NCBI GenBank assembly: GCA_963801165.1
Contig: CAWDDT010000004.1
Coordinates: 672,001-736,000 of the forward strand
Direction of reading: 5' to 3'
Length of the DNA stretch: 64,000 nt
Source: an uncultured bacterium
GTDB taxonomy: Bacteria; Actinomycetota; Acidimicrobiia; Spongiisociales; UBA5794
Numbering within the stretch: the first letter of the stretch is position 1; every line of letters begins with the position of its first letter. The notes under the pieces were generated by a model. That model searched no databases and had not been told where the DNA came from. It was given only the letters and a program-made list of their open reading frames with translations. The position numbers and the translations under genes were made by a program. Positions 10,990-19,804 of the stretch are shown here, piece after piece.

Positions 10990-12122
10990 CAGCAGTACTG
11001 CGCCTCTTCCCGGAGCGGTGGTGGCTCGTCGCCCCCACACGACTCGCATTCCGGGTTGCGAACCAGACGGACGGTGTGGGTCGTCTGGTCGAGGGCGTCG
11101 TAGGTGAGGAGTCTGCCCAGCAGCGGCTCGCCGATGCCCAGGATGAGCTTCAACACCTCAGCGGCTTGCATGGTCCCGATGATCCCCGGGAGGACCCCGA
11201 ACACGCCAGCCTCTGCGCAACTCGGCGCGAGGTTGGGCGGTGGTGGTTCCGGGAAAACGCACCGGTAGCACGCAGTCTGATACGGAGCGAAGACGCCCAC
11301 CTGACCCTCGAAGCGGAACACGGACCCGTGCACCACCGTGGAGCGGGTGTACATCGAGGCATCGTTGATGAGGTAGCGAGTGGCGAAGCTGTCGGTGCCG
11401 TCCACGATAATGTCGTAGCCGGAGAGGATGTCGATGGCGTTGTCGGCGGACAGACGGGTCACATGGGCCGTCACCGCTACCTCGGGATTGATGTCGTTCA
11501 TCCGCCGTGCCCCGCTGACGGCCTTGGGCTGGCCCTCGTCGCCGGTGCCGTGGAGCACTTGTCGCTGCAGGTTCGACAGTTCGACCACGTCGTCGTCGAC
11601 CAGGCCGAGCGTGCCGATGCCGGCGGCCGCCAGGTACAGGGCCGCGGGCGAGCCCAGCCCACCGGCTCCGATGATGACCACGCGAGCCTTGTTGAGTCGC
11701 TCCTGGCCGGCGATGCCGACCTGGGGGAGAGCGATGTGCCGGGCGTAGCGGTGCCGGGCGGCGTCGCTGAGGTCTGTGTCGGCCACCGTTGGCAACCCGA
11801 GACCCATCCAGCGCCTGATTCCCCCGGCGAGAGAGGCAACGCGGCGATACCCGGCATCCTCGAGTTGGGCGGCGACGATGGCGGATCGCTCGCCGACCGC
11901 GCAATAGAGGACGATCGGGGTGTCGTGGTCGGGGGCGACTTCTGCGATGCGGGCTGCTATCTGTGCCATCGGGATGGAGATCGCCCCGGGGAGGAGCCCG
12001 ATAGCCAGTTCCCGCGGTTCGCGCACGTCAATCAGCGTCACCACGCTGGTGTCGAAACCATCGGGAGAGACTTGTGTGACCCGTTCCCGGGCTGCGGCGA
12101 GGAGGCGTCGATACTCGTCCAT
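10989..12122 (-). CDS. moeB: Molybdopterin-synthase adenylyltransferase MoeB with N-terminal rhodanese domain
   Basis: Rhodanese IDVRE...YCAVGERS; RYARHI, GAGGLG, SNLQRQ, CYRC and C-terminal CESC. Confidence 0.9.
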   Translation of the reverse strand: MDEYRRLLAAARERVTQVSPDGFDTSVVTLIDVREPRELAIGLLPGAISIPMAQIAARIAEVAPDHDTPIVLYCAVGERSAIVAAQLEDAGYRRVASLAGGIRRWMGLGLPTVADTDLSDAARHRYARHIALPQVGIAGQERLNKARVVIIGAGGLGSPAALYLAAAGIGTLGLVDDDVVELSNLQRQVLHGTGDEGQPKAVSGARRMNDINPEVAVTAHVTRLSADNAIDILSGYDIIVDGTDSFATRYLINDASMYTRSTVVHGSVFRFEGQVGVFAPYQTACYRCVFPEPPPPNLAPSCAEAGVFGVLPGIIGTMQAAEVLKLILGIGEPLLGRLLTYDALDQTTHTVRLVRNPECESCGGDEPPPLREEAQYC

Positions 12123-12276
12123 TGTCGGCTCACCGTAGCGTGACCAAGCGACGTGTGAGACCGGTCAGCCTGAATCCACGGTTGCAGATTGTCGGATTGG
12201 CTCGCTCATCCCGCCAATTGGCGGTTGAGATGATGGTGTCTGCACCTTCTCTGTGAACCGGCCAATAGCGCCGGGC

Positions 12277-13032
12277 TCAGCGGATGATGGCACCCACGAG
12301 CAGGGGGAACACGGTCCCCGCCATGCCGTCGAGCCGGATCGATGCGACACTGTCCAGATCGGTTGGGGCGTTGTTGATGATGACGAAGACGCTACCCCTG
12401 GCCGCGATCTCGAGCGGGATGTAAGCAGCCGGATAGACCGAGAGACTCGATCCGATGGCGACCACCGCATCTGCTTCCGCGGCCCATTCCTCAGCCAGAC
12501 GCAGCTCCTTCTCCGGGAGCACCTCACCGAAGAACACGATCGTCGACTTGAGGATGCCACCGCAAACGTCGCAATGAGGGTCGAGGTCGCCGTTGGCCCA
12601 CCGCCGCTCGATCTCGGCGGGATCGTACGCGGTCTCGCATTGCACACAGGCGATCCCGTCGCTGTTGCCGTGCAACTCGGCGACGGCGTCCTGGGGGAGA
12701 CCGGCTGCCTGGTGAAGGCCGTCGATGTTCTGGGTGACACAACCGACCAGCCGTCCCGCCTTCCACAGGTCGGTGACAGCGAAGTGGGCTGCATTCGGTT
12801 GGGCGTTTCCGAACATCTTGGGAAAGCGCCTCTGCCAGGCGCGTTGACGTGCCGCGGGGTCACGAATATAGCGATCGAGCTGGAAATCCTCGGGGGACAG
12901 CTTGGTCCAGATGCCGTCCGTACCCCGGAAATCGGGGAGACCGGACTCGGTGGAGATTCCCGCGCCGGTGAAGACCAAGATCCTCTTGGCGTCGAGCAGG
13001 AGGCGAGCTGCGTAGGCGAGATCCTGGCTCAT
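12277..13032 (-). CDS. cobB: NAD-dependent protein deacylase (Sir2 family)
   Basis: TGAGISTESGLPDFRG, TQNIDGLH, ELHGN, two CxxC pairs and GSSLSVYPAA. Confidence 0.93.
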   Translation of the reverse strand: MSQDLAYAARLLLDAKRILVFTGAGISTESGLPDFRGTDGIWTKLSPEDFQLDRYIRDPAARQRAWQRRFPKMFGNAQPNAAHFAVTDLWKAGRLVGCVTQNIDGLHQAAGLPQDAVAELHGNSDGIACVQCETAYDPAEIERRWANGDLDPHCDVCGGILKSTIVFFGEVLPEKELRLAEEWAAEADAVVAIGSSLSVYPAAYIPLEIAARGSVFVIINNAPTDLDSVASIRLDGMAGTVFPLLVGAIIR

Positions 13033-13155
13033 TCGCCTACGCTATCAGGTGCTGCGCATCGCTCGAAACCGGAATGGCTCCCGGCTATCGGCATCTATGC
13101 TTCCCACGCCGGGAAAGCTGCTGGATGGGGCCTCGAGATCACCGCGTCTGAGACA

Positions 13156-14628
13156 ATGAATCGACCGAAGAATCTGCGGTTGGCAGGTTGGCGCCGCTGG
13201 CCCGTTGTCGGGGTAGTCCTCACCCTCGTGTTCGGGTTGTTCCATCTTCCCTTCCCGTATCACGGTGACCAGGCGTTGTTTGCGGTCTACGGCCGGATGA
13301 TGGCCAATGGTGACGTGCTGTACCGCGACATGTGGGACGTGAAACAGCCGGGTGTCTTCATGACGTATCGGTTCGTCGGTTTCGTCGGTTTCAGCGAGGT
13401 GGCGATCCACGGCTTCGAACTGCTCCTGCTGCTAAGTGCGGTCGTCGTGGGGATGTACGTGTTGCGCGGGCACTTCAGCCACTCCCTGGCTCTTGGTTCG
13501 CTACCTCTGCTCGCCGTCGGGTTCGTGTACCTGGGGGCCCGTACCAACGAACTGGCGCAGTTGGAGACGTTCACGATTCCGTTTGTTGCGATGGTGGTGT
13601 GGGCGTTGTTCCTCACCAGGACGCGGCCCGTATTCATGTGGTTTGTCGCCGGCCTTTTCGCAGCGCTGGTCGGGTTGTTCAAGTCGTTGCTGGTGATCAT
13701 CCCGGTCGCCCTGATTGTCTTTGCGTGTTTTTCCCGACCAGACAAGAAGCAGCGCGGGTCGCTGCAGCTGCTCGCCGCCGCGCTTGCCGGATTCGTCGTG
13801 CCGGGCCTCGCATTTGTCGTTTGGACGGCGAACCACGATCTCGGGAGCCGGATCTGGTACACGTTTGTCTCCTATCCGCTGCACGCCTCGACCGGTGGTC
13901 TGCGCGACATTGGCAGGCTGATCAAATCAGGGGGAGCTTTCGTGGTGCGGTTTGCACCCTTGCTCGTGCTGGCGTCGGTCCGGGTTCGGCGGCTACTGAC
14001 CGGGGACCGGGACCGGTTCTCGCTTGCCATGGTGGTGTGGTTCCTGGCCGGCTGCGTCACCGTTCTCGCTCAGTTGTGGTGGTCGTACCTGTTTCTCGTT
14101 CTCGTACCACCGCTGGCGATTCTGGCGGCGGAAGGGCTGGACGACCTGCTGGCGCACGGCGCACTGACCAGGCGTTGGACGGTTGCGCTGGCGGTGCTCT
14201 GTCTCCCGGTGGTCGGCTTGTTTGCGCTGAAGGTACTGCCGCTTGTGGCCAACGGGTTTGCTCTCGGCGCAACCAACGCCGAGCAGTACCGTGCCGCGGT
14301 CAGCGAGCCCTATGCGGCCGCTTTGGCTGAGACGGCGTCCGTCGACGTGGCGTCCGACATCTATGTGCTCGGCGACCCGCTCATACTGTATGTCTCCGGT
14401 GCTCGACAGGCGGTGCCGCCGCAGGCGTGGTCGATCGAGGCGTGGGACGACAAGACACGGACCTGGGTCGCTGACTCGCTGAATGGGAGCCCTCCTGCCC
14501 AGGTCTTCGTCTCGACCGATGCGGCTCGGCTGCTCGAGGGCACGGACGTTGCTGCCGCGATTACAGCCGGATTCGACCAGATCCACTCGTCCGATCAGGG
14601 GATCTGGTACCAGCGCCACGAGCAGTGA
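13156..14628 (+). CDS. Polytopic GT-C-fold-like membrane glycosyltransferase (ArnT/PMT-like)
   Basis: DQALF...LYRDMWDVKQPG loop after TM1, about 11 TM helices and a C-terminal soluble domain; the upstream part of the listed 791-aa ORF is antisense to the sirtuin. Confidence 0.65.
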   Translation: MNRPKNLRLAGWRRWPVVGVVLTLVFGLFHLPFPYHGDQALFAVYGRMMANGDVLYRDMWDVKQPGVFMTYRFVGFVGFSEVAIHGFELLLLLSAVVVGMYVLRGHFSHSLALGSLPLLAVGFVYLGARTNELAQLETFTIPFVAMVVWALFLTRTRPVFMWFVAGLFAALVGLFKSLLVIIPVALIVFACFSRPDKKQRGSLQLLAAALAGFVVPGLAFVVWTANHDLGSRIWYTFVSYPLHASTGGLRDIGRLIKSGGAFVVRFAPLLVLASVRVRRLLTGDRDRFSLAMVVWFLAGCVTVLAQLWWSYLFLVLVPPLAILAAEGLDDLLAHGALTRRWTVALAVLCLPVVGLFALKVLPLVANGFALGATNAEQYRAAVSEPYAAALAETASVDVASDIYVLGDPLILYVSGARQAVPPQAWSIEAWDDKTRTWVADSLNGSPPAQVFVSTDAARLLEGTDVAAAITAGFDQIHSSDQGIWYQRHEQ

Positions 14629-14653
14629 GACCCGGCGCCGATAGGGCCGGAGA

Positions 14654-15157
14654 TCACCTCCGTGCTTTACACACCCAGTTGCTCGTTCCGCCGTGCTCGA
14701 GAAGCCAGGCGGCCACCGCGATGTTGGCGTAGCCGTCGAACACGTCGGCGCCGGCAAAGCCGGCACGGGCGGCACGCCCTGGCCAAAGACGGGCAAGGTG
14801 CTGGAACAGGCCGCTGGCCGAGCTGTGTGGGTTCTTGGCATTGGGGTCGCCGTGCGATTCGCATTCGATGATCCGGAGCGCCCACTCGACACGGTCCTCC
14901 GGGAAGTACAGGGCAACCACGGGTCGCCACCGTTCCACTTCCCAGGGAAACCGGCCGGTGGCGTTGTCGTACGGCCCGTTGATCTGCACGAGGGCGGCCA
15001 GCGTTTCGGCCTGTGAAGCCTCGGCCTGTGAAGTCAGGTAGGCCTCGCGGGCCGAGCTCATTTCGAGCGTCTCGATGGCGAGGGCGGGTGGGGCAACGGC
15101 GATCAGGGCGATCGCCAGAGCCAGAAATGTGATGGTGATTCTTCTCATAGCACGCAT
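14654..15157 (-). CDS. Secreted lytic transglycosylase (SLT/Rpf-like) domain protein
   Basis: Signal peptide; IECESHGDPNAKN (catalytic Glu), ASGLFQ and NIAVAAWL. Start could be 15148. Confidence 0.85.
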   Translation of the reverse strand: MRAMRRITITFLALAIALIAVAPPALAIETLEMSSAREAYLTSQAEASQAETLAALVQINGPYDNATGRFPWEVERWRPVVALYFPEDRVEWALRIIECESHGDPNAKNPHSSASGLFQHLARLWPGRAARAGFAGADVFDGYANIAVAAWLLEHGGTSNWVCKARR

Positions 15158-15201
15158 TGGGTAGGGGTCAGTTTCTTGGGGGGGTGGGCACACGCTTGCC
15201 C

Positions 15202-15231
15202 AAACGAAAAGCCCGACGATTCTCGCCGGGC
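15202..15231 (-). terminator. Intrinsic terminator-like hairpin with U-tract in the SLT upstream region
   Basis: Minus strand reads GCCCGGCGA-gaa-TCGTCGGGC-TTTTCGTTT. Confidence 0.6.
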
Positions 15232-15369
15232 GGAACGTCAGCATAGGCGGGATGTAGCCGCTATCGGAACCAATCCGCTACCGGGCTGGGTTGACTTGGA
15301 AGGAGAGTGAGCCGCCGTGATCGAGGGCTTGTGGCCTGATGCGCTGTTGCTCGCACCGACGGCGGGACA

Positions 15370-15747
15370 CTACATGCCGGGGTGGGGCTGCCAGAGCTGT
15401 ATACGGTTTCCCTCGGGATCCCAGCAGTGGCCGAACCGGCCGTTGTCATCTTCGAAGGTGACTTCGTCTGTGCGCACGCCCGCCGCACGCAGTTGGGCAA
15501 GCATCTCGTCGAGATCGTCGACCCGGTAGTTGATCACCCACTGGCGGTCGGCCGGCCACTCGAACGCGGTCGTGTCTGCGGGGAATGGCGCCCAGACCGT
15601 GGAACCTCTGACCTCGTCGCCCCACCGCAGGATCACGTATCCATCCGCGTCTACCGGAAGCCCGAGGTGCTCGACATACCATTCGGTCAATGCGGTCGGA
15701 TCCTCAGTCTTGAAGAACACGCCGCCGATCCCGGTCACCTTCGCCAT
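15370..15747 (-). CDS. VOC/glyoxalase family protein
   Basis: MAKVTGIGGVFFK, WYVEHLG, INYRVDDLD and DPEGNRIQLWQP. Confidence 0.9.
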   Translation of the reverse strand: MAKVTGIGGVFFKTEDPTALTEWYVEHLGLPVDADGYVILRWGDEVRGSTVWAPFPADTTAFEWPADRQWVINYRVDDLDEMLAQLRAAGVRTDEVTFEDDNGRFGHCWDPEGNRIQLWQPHPGM

Positions 15748-15780
15748 ATGCACCTCCCGCTCTCGATCGATGGTACCGAG

Positions 15781-16212
15781 TCACATAGCCGGGTGCTGTC
15801 TCCGCAGGTCCGGGGGAAGGAGCTTCACCTGGATGGTGTTGAGTGCCGGCACCCTGGTGCGGACGAACACGTGCCCGCTGTAGGTGTGGACCAGGCCCAC
15901 CCGCACCAGGACGTGCAGGTGGGTGGGGCGGCGTAGGGAGCGGCCGCGGATTGCGGCGGTGGCGAGTCGGAGCAGGTCGGCGACCGCTCCCGGGCCGATT
16001 GTGGCGGTCCAATAGAGACGAACGTAGGGATGGGTCGTGGTGTAGGTGGTGCCGTCCGGAGCGTCCCAGTCCCAGGGTATGGGGCGGATGATCGCCCGCT
16101 GCCTGGCGGTGGCCCGGACGGGACCAGCGACAGCACCCGGGGGAGGCGCTGGTTCCACAACGGAGGACGGCTTTGTCGTGGTTTCCCCGGGTGCTGCCGT
16201 GTTCTGATCCAT
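15781..16212 (-). CDS. Hypothetical protein, possibly winged-helix-like
   Basis: ORF with YVRLYWTATIGPGAVADLLRLA and RVPAL..QVKLLP..LRRQH; AT-rich promoter-like upstream DNA. Confidence 0.6.
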   Translation of the reverse strand: MDQNTAAPGETTTKPSSVVEPAPPPGAVAGPVRATARQRAIIRPIPWDWDAPDGTTYTTTHPYVRLYWTATIGPGAVADLLRLATAAIRGRSLRRPTHLHVLVRVGLVHTYSGHVFVRTRVPALNTIQVKLLPPDLRRQHPAM

Positions 16213-16349
16213 GACAAAGTAATAACAGACAATGCTATACAACGTCAATAGGTCTATGTCAGAGTGCGAAAAGACAGCCTGTTTGTGTCTTGATCTACGT
16301 CACCAAGGCTGAGGGCAGAGTGGGGAAGGCACGGACGGAACAAGGGAAT

Positions 16350-16389
16350 TCCCTCTCCCTCTGGGAGAGGGAGCCTGGCGAAGCGAAGG
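16350..16389. repeat. REP-like palindromic element (single copy)
   Basis: TCCCTCTCCC-tct-GGGAGAGGGA followed by GCGAAGCGA; resembles the reverse complement of the 59.8 kb repeat. Confidence 0.55.
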
Positions 16390-16600
16390 TGGCGAGGGCC
16401 TTCGCCCTTCGGGTCATGATTGGCGCCGGGCGATCGGCGACAACGCCGGGCTGGTCGATGATCCCGGGTCGCAGTTCACAGATGTGATGGTGCAGCCGCA
16501 ACCCGCTCTTGGCCCGGAGGATCGGGCGCGCGGATTGTGGCCGATCTCGACGCCGCGGGATTCAATCTCGATGTCGTGTTGCGCGACTAGCTTGGCGGCC

Positions 16601-17335
16601 ATGAGCGTTATTGCCGTCCCGTACTTCATGGGCGACCCCATGCCCGGTATCGATGTTCCCGATCCCCACGAGGTCCTCGAGCCGGTGCTGCCCGACGCCG
16701 ACCCACAACACCGGATGGGGATTCTCTATGACCACCTTGCCGCTCGGGTTGCCGCCGACGCCCACCCTGTGGTGTACGCCGGCGACTGTGTCTCTGTCAT
16801 CGGGGTGCTCGCCGGTCTCCAGCGCATGGAGATTGACCCGACGCTGTTGTTCTTTGATGCCCACGGGGACTTCAACACCTGGGAGACCTCGCCGTCGGGG
16901 TTCATCGGGGGCATGCCGCTGGCGATGGTCACCGGGCGCGGGGAGCAGACGATCGTCACCGGTGCCGGGCTCACCCCGCTTTCCGACGAGCGAGTCTTTC
17001 TGGTTGGGGCCCGGGATCTCGATCCGGGAGAGGTAGACGCCCTGGCGAAATCGGCCGTGACCCGGGTGTCTGTCGCCGAGCTCGCTGGTGGTCTCCCCTC
17101 GGGACCGCTGTGTATCCATGTGGACCTCGATGTTGTCGACCCCACAGAGATGCCGGCGATGAACTACCCGGCACCGGGCGGGCCATCTCTCGAGGCCGCG
17201 TGCTCGGTGATGACACAGCTCGCCGCCACCGGCCGCGTCGCCGCGGTCTCATTCTCGTCATGGAACCCGGACCTGCCCGGCGCCGGCGTGGCTGCCGCTG
17301 CCGCTGGCCGGGTAGCGGCGCCGTTCCTCGCCTAG
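16601..17335 (+). CDS. Arginase/ureohydrolase family protein
   Basis: [24 protein letters not shown] and HVDLDVVDP. Confidence 0.88.
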   Translation: MSVIAVPYFMGDPMPGIDVPDPHEVLEPVLPDADPQHRMGILYDHLAARVAADAHPVVYAGDCVSVIGVLAGLQRMEIDPTLLFFDAHGDFNTWETSPSGFIGGMPLAMVTGRGEQTIVTGAGLTPLSDERVFLVGARDLDPGEVDALAKSAVTRVSVAELAGGLPSGPLCIHVDLDVVDPTEMPAMNYPAPGGPSLEAACSVMTQLAATGRVAAVSFSSWNPDLPGAGVAAAAAGRVAAPFLA

Positions 17336-19113
17336 CCGATCGCCTCGCCGGTCTGCACCTGCCACAGCGATGCGTAGAGGCCGTCGCGCTCGACCAGCTC
17401 CGCGTGGGTGCCCGACTCGACGATGCTGCCGCGCTCCATGACGTGGATGACGTCGGCGTGCCGGATAGTGGAGAGACGGTGGGCGATCACGATGGTCGAC
17501 CGGTCGACGACGAGTCTGGCCAGCGAACGCTGGATCGCCGCTTCAGTGTCGTTGTCGACTGATGAGGTTGCCTCGTCGAGGATGAGGATCGGCGGGTCGA
17601 CCAGCACGGCCCGGGCGATCGACAGCCTCTGCCGCTGGCCGCCGGACAGCTTCTGACCGCGCTCACCGACAACGGTGTCGTAGCCCTCGGGCAACTCGAT
17701 GATGAAGGCGTGCGCCTCGGCCACGTCGGCAGCGGCCACTATCTCCTCGTCGCTGGCTTCGGGGCTGCCGTATGCGACGTTCTCCCGCACGGTGCCGTGG
17801 AACAAGAAGACATCCTGGCCGACGACCGCCATCGCCCGGCGCAGGTTCTGCAGCTCCAGCGATCGGATGTCGCGACCGTCGATGCGGATTGCGCCGTCGG
17901 TGACGTCGTAGAAACGCAACAGCAGCTTGACCAGGGTCGTCTTGCCCGACCCGGTGGCTCCGACGAACGCTGTGGTTGTGCCCGGTTTCAGATCGAGGTC
18001 GATGTTGTTGAGCACCGGATAACCGGGACGGTACGAGAAGTCGACCTGGTCGAACTCGATGTGGCCCGCCACGTCATCGCGTTCCAGGATCCCGTCGCCG
18101 GAGACGATCTCAGCCGGGGTGTCGAGGACGTCGAGGATCCGGTTGGTCGATGCCATTGCCCTCTGGTACTGGTCGAATGTCTGGCCGAGCCGGGTCAGCG
18201 GCCACAACAGCCGCTGGGTTAGAAAGACCATGACGCTGTACGAACCAACCGCGAGCGAGCCCTCGAGCGCCCGGAACCCACCCCACAACAGTGTTGCGGT
18301 GAATCCACAAAGGACCACAACGCGGATGAGCGGCCCGAACGCCGCCGACAGGGCGATGGCGCTCCGGTTGGCCTCGCGGTAGCGCTCGCTCTCGCCGGAC
18401 ACTCGGGCGATCTCGCGGTCCTCTGCCGTGAACGACTTGATGGTGGCGATCCCGCCCAGGTTGTTGCCGAGCAGGCTACTGATGGCGCCTGCCTCCGCCC
18501 GCACCGCGGCGTAGCGGGGCTCCATCTTGCGCTGGAACCGGAACGACCCCCATAGGATCACCGGGATCGGGAGAAACGAAAGCCAGGCGATGCCAGGGGC
18601 GATGATGAAGAAGGCAATGCCGATCAGCACGACGGTGGTCAGTACCTGGATCACCTCGTTGGCGCCGATGTCGAGGAAACGTTCGAGCTGGTTGACGTCG
18701 TCGTTGAGGATCGCCATCAGGTTGCCCGTCGGCTGGTTCTCGAAAAACGCCATCTCGAGGTGCTGCATGTGCGCATAGGTGTCGAGCCGAAGCTCGTGCT
18801 CGATGGTCTGTGCCAGGTTGCGCCAGGCAACACCGAGCAGGTACTCGAAGAGCGATTCCAGTGCCCAGATGACGAAGGTGAGCCCGGCGAGCACCAGGAG
18901 CTGGCGACGGGGGGATTCAAAGCCGGCGTGCGCCAGGAACGAGTCTTGCTTGTTGACGACTACGTCGATGGCCATCCCGATCAGCACCGGGGGAGCGATG
19001 TCCATCGCCTTGTTGAGAATCGACCACAGCGTGGCGCGTACCACCCGGCCGCGATGCGACTCGGCGTATTCCCAGAGACGGCGGAGAGGTGGCTGCCTTT
19101 TCATGAAGTGCAC
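17332..19113 (-). CDS. ABC exporter, fused permease/ATPase
   Basis: [22 protein letters not shown] and IAHRLST; start could be 19104. Confidence 0.93.
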   Translation of the reverse strand: MHFMKRQPPLRRLWEYAESHRGRVVRATLWSILNKAMDIAPPVLIGMAIDVVVNKQDSFLAHAGFESPRRQLLVLAGLTFVIWALESLFEYLLGVAWRNLAQTIEHELRLDTYAHMQHLEMAFFENQPTGNLMAILNDDVNQLERFLDIGANEVIQVLTTVVLIGIAFFIIAPGIAWLSFLPIPVILWGSFRFQRKMEPRYAAVRAEAGAISSLLGNNLGGIATIKSFTAEDREIARVSGESERYREANRSAIALSAAFGPLIRVVVLCGFTATLLWGGFRALEGSLAVGSYSVMVFLTQRLLWPLTRLGQTFDQYQRAMASTNRILDVLDTPAEIVSGDGILERDDVAGHIEFDQVDFSYRPGYPVLNNIDLDLKPGTTTAFVGATGSGKTTLVKLLLRFYDVTDGAIRIDGRDIRSLELQNLRRAMAVVGQDVFLFHGTVRENVAYGSPEASDEEIVAAADVAEAHAFIIELPEGYDTVVGERGQKLSGGQRQRLSIARAVLVDPPILILDEATSSVDNDTEAAIQRSLARLVVDRSTIVIAHRLSTIRHADVIHVMERGSIVESGTHAELVERDGLYASLWQVQTGEAIG

Positions 19114-19174
19114 AGCGTAGGGACCGCACGGCGCGTCGGGCGTTCGAGAGGGGTGTCGCTGCCATACTTGGAGG

Positions 19175-19789
19175 GTGGTTCCCTTCCCGATGTTCCCGCT
19201 CGGTGTCGTCCTGTTTCCGGGCGCTTACCTGCCGTTACAGGTCTTCGAGCCGCGGTATCGCCGGCTCGTTGCGGACCTACCCGGCCACGACAACCGGTTT
19301 GGCGTCGTTCTCATCCGGCGCGGCCAGGAGGTCGGAGGCGGCGACGAGCGGCACGACGTGGGCACGATTGCGGAAGTTGTGATGCAGGAGGAAGTCGGTG
19401 ACGGGCCGTATCTACTCACCGCCGTGGGCCGCGAGCGAATCCGGGTGACGCAGTGGCTGGCTGACGATCCATACCCACGTGCCGTGGTCGCCGAGATGCC
19501 GTCTAGCTATCACGCGGTGGATCTCGCTGCTGCGCTCGCATCAGCGGCGAACGCCAGAAAGCAGGTGCTGGGGCTCGCCGTAGAGATGGGGGTCGACGGA
19601 CGGTACCTGGATATCCAGTTGCCGGGCGATCCGGAGCAGGCCGCCTGGACCCTTTGCGATGCGTCACCCATCGGGGCGTTCGACCGGCAACGTCTCCTCG
19701 AAATCGACGATCCGGTGCTCCGTCTCGGCATGCTCACAGACGCCCTCGACGCCCATGCCAACGACCTCCGCCGGGCCATGGAGCATTAG
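19175..19789 (+). CDS. Stand-alone LON peptidase substrate-binding domain protein
   Basis: [28 protein letters not shown] and DDPYPRA; no ATPase or protease domain. Confidence 0.9.
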   Translation: MVPFPMFPLGVVLFPGAYLPLQVFEPRYRRLVADLPGHDNRFGVVLIRRGQEVGGGDERHDVGTIAEVVMQEEVGDGPYLLTAVGRERIRVTQWLADDPYPRAVVAEMPSSYHAVDLAAALASAANARKQVLGLAVEMGVDGRYLDIQLPGDPEQAAWTLCDASPIGAFDRQRLLEIDDPVLRLGMLTDALDAHANDLRRAMEH

Positions 19790-19804
19790 ACGCCGGAGGC
19801 GTGG

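Noticed and set aside
10989-12276. Microcin C-like RiPP cluster (ThiF enzyme, exporters and small ORF MSEPIRQSATVDSG)
   Set aside because: The enzyme looks like a canonical MoeB-rhodanese; the small ORF has no C-terminal Asn and no convincing SD.
15232-15369. c-di-AMP (ydaO) riboswitch upstream of the lytic transglycosylase
   Set aside because: Only a weak CCCGGTAG resemblance; the conserved GAAUCC and GGGGAACC elements were not found.
16290-16600. Small ORFs or gene remnant between the hypothetical gene and the arginase-like gene
   Set aside because: No recognisable motifs or start signals; the ORFs run through the REP-like palindrome.
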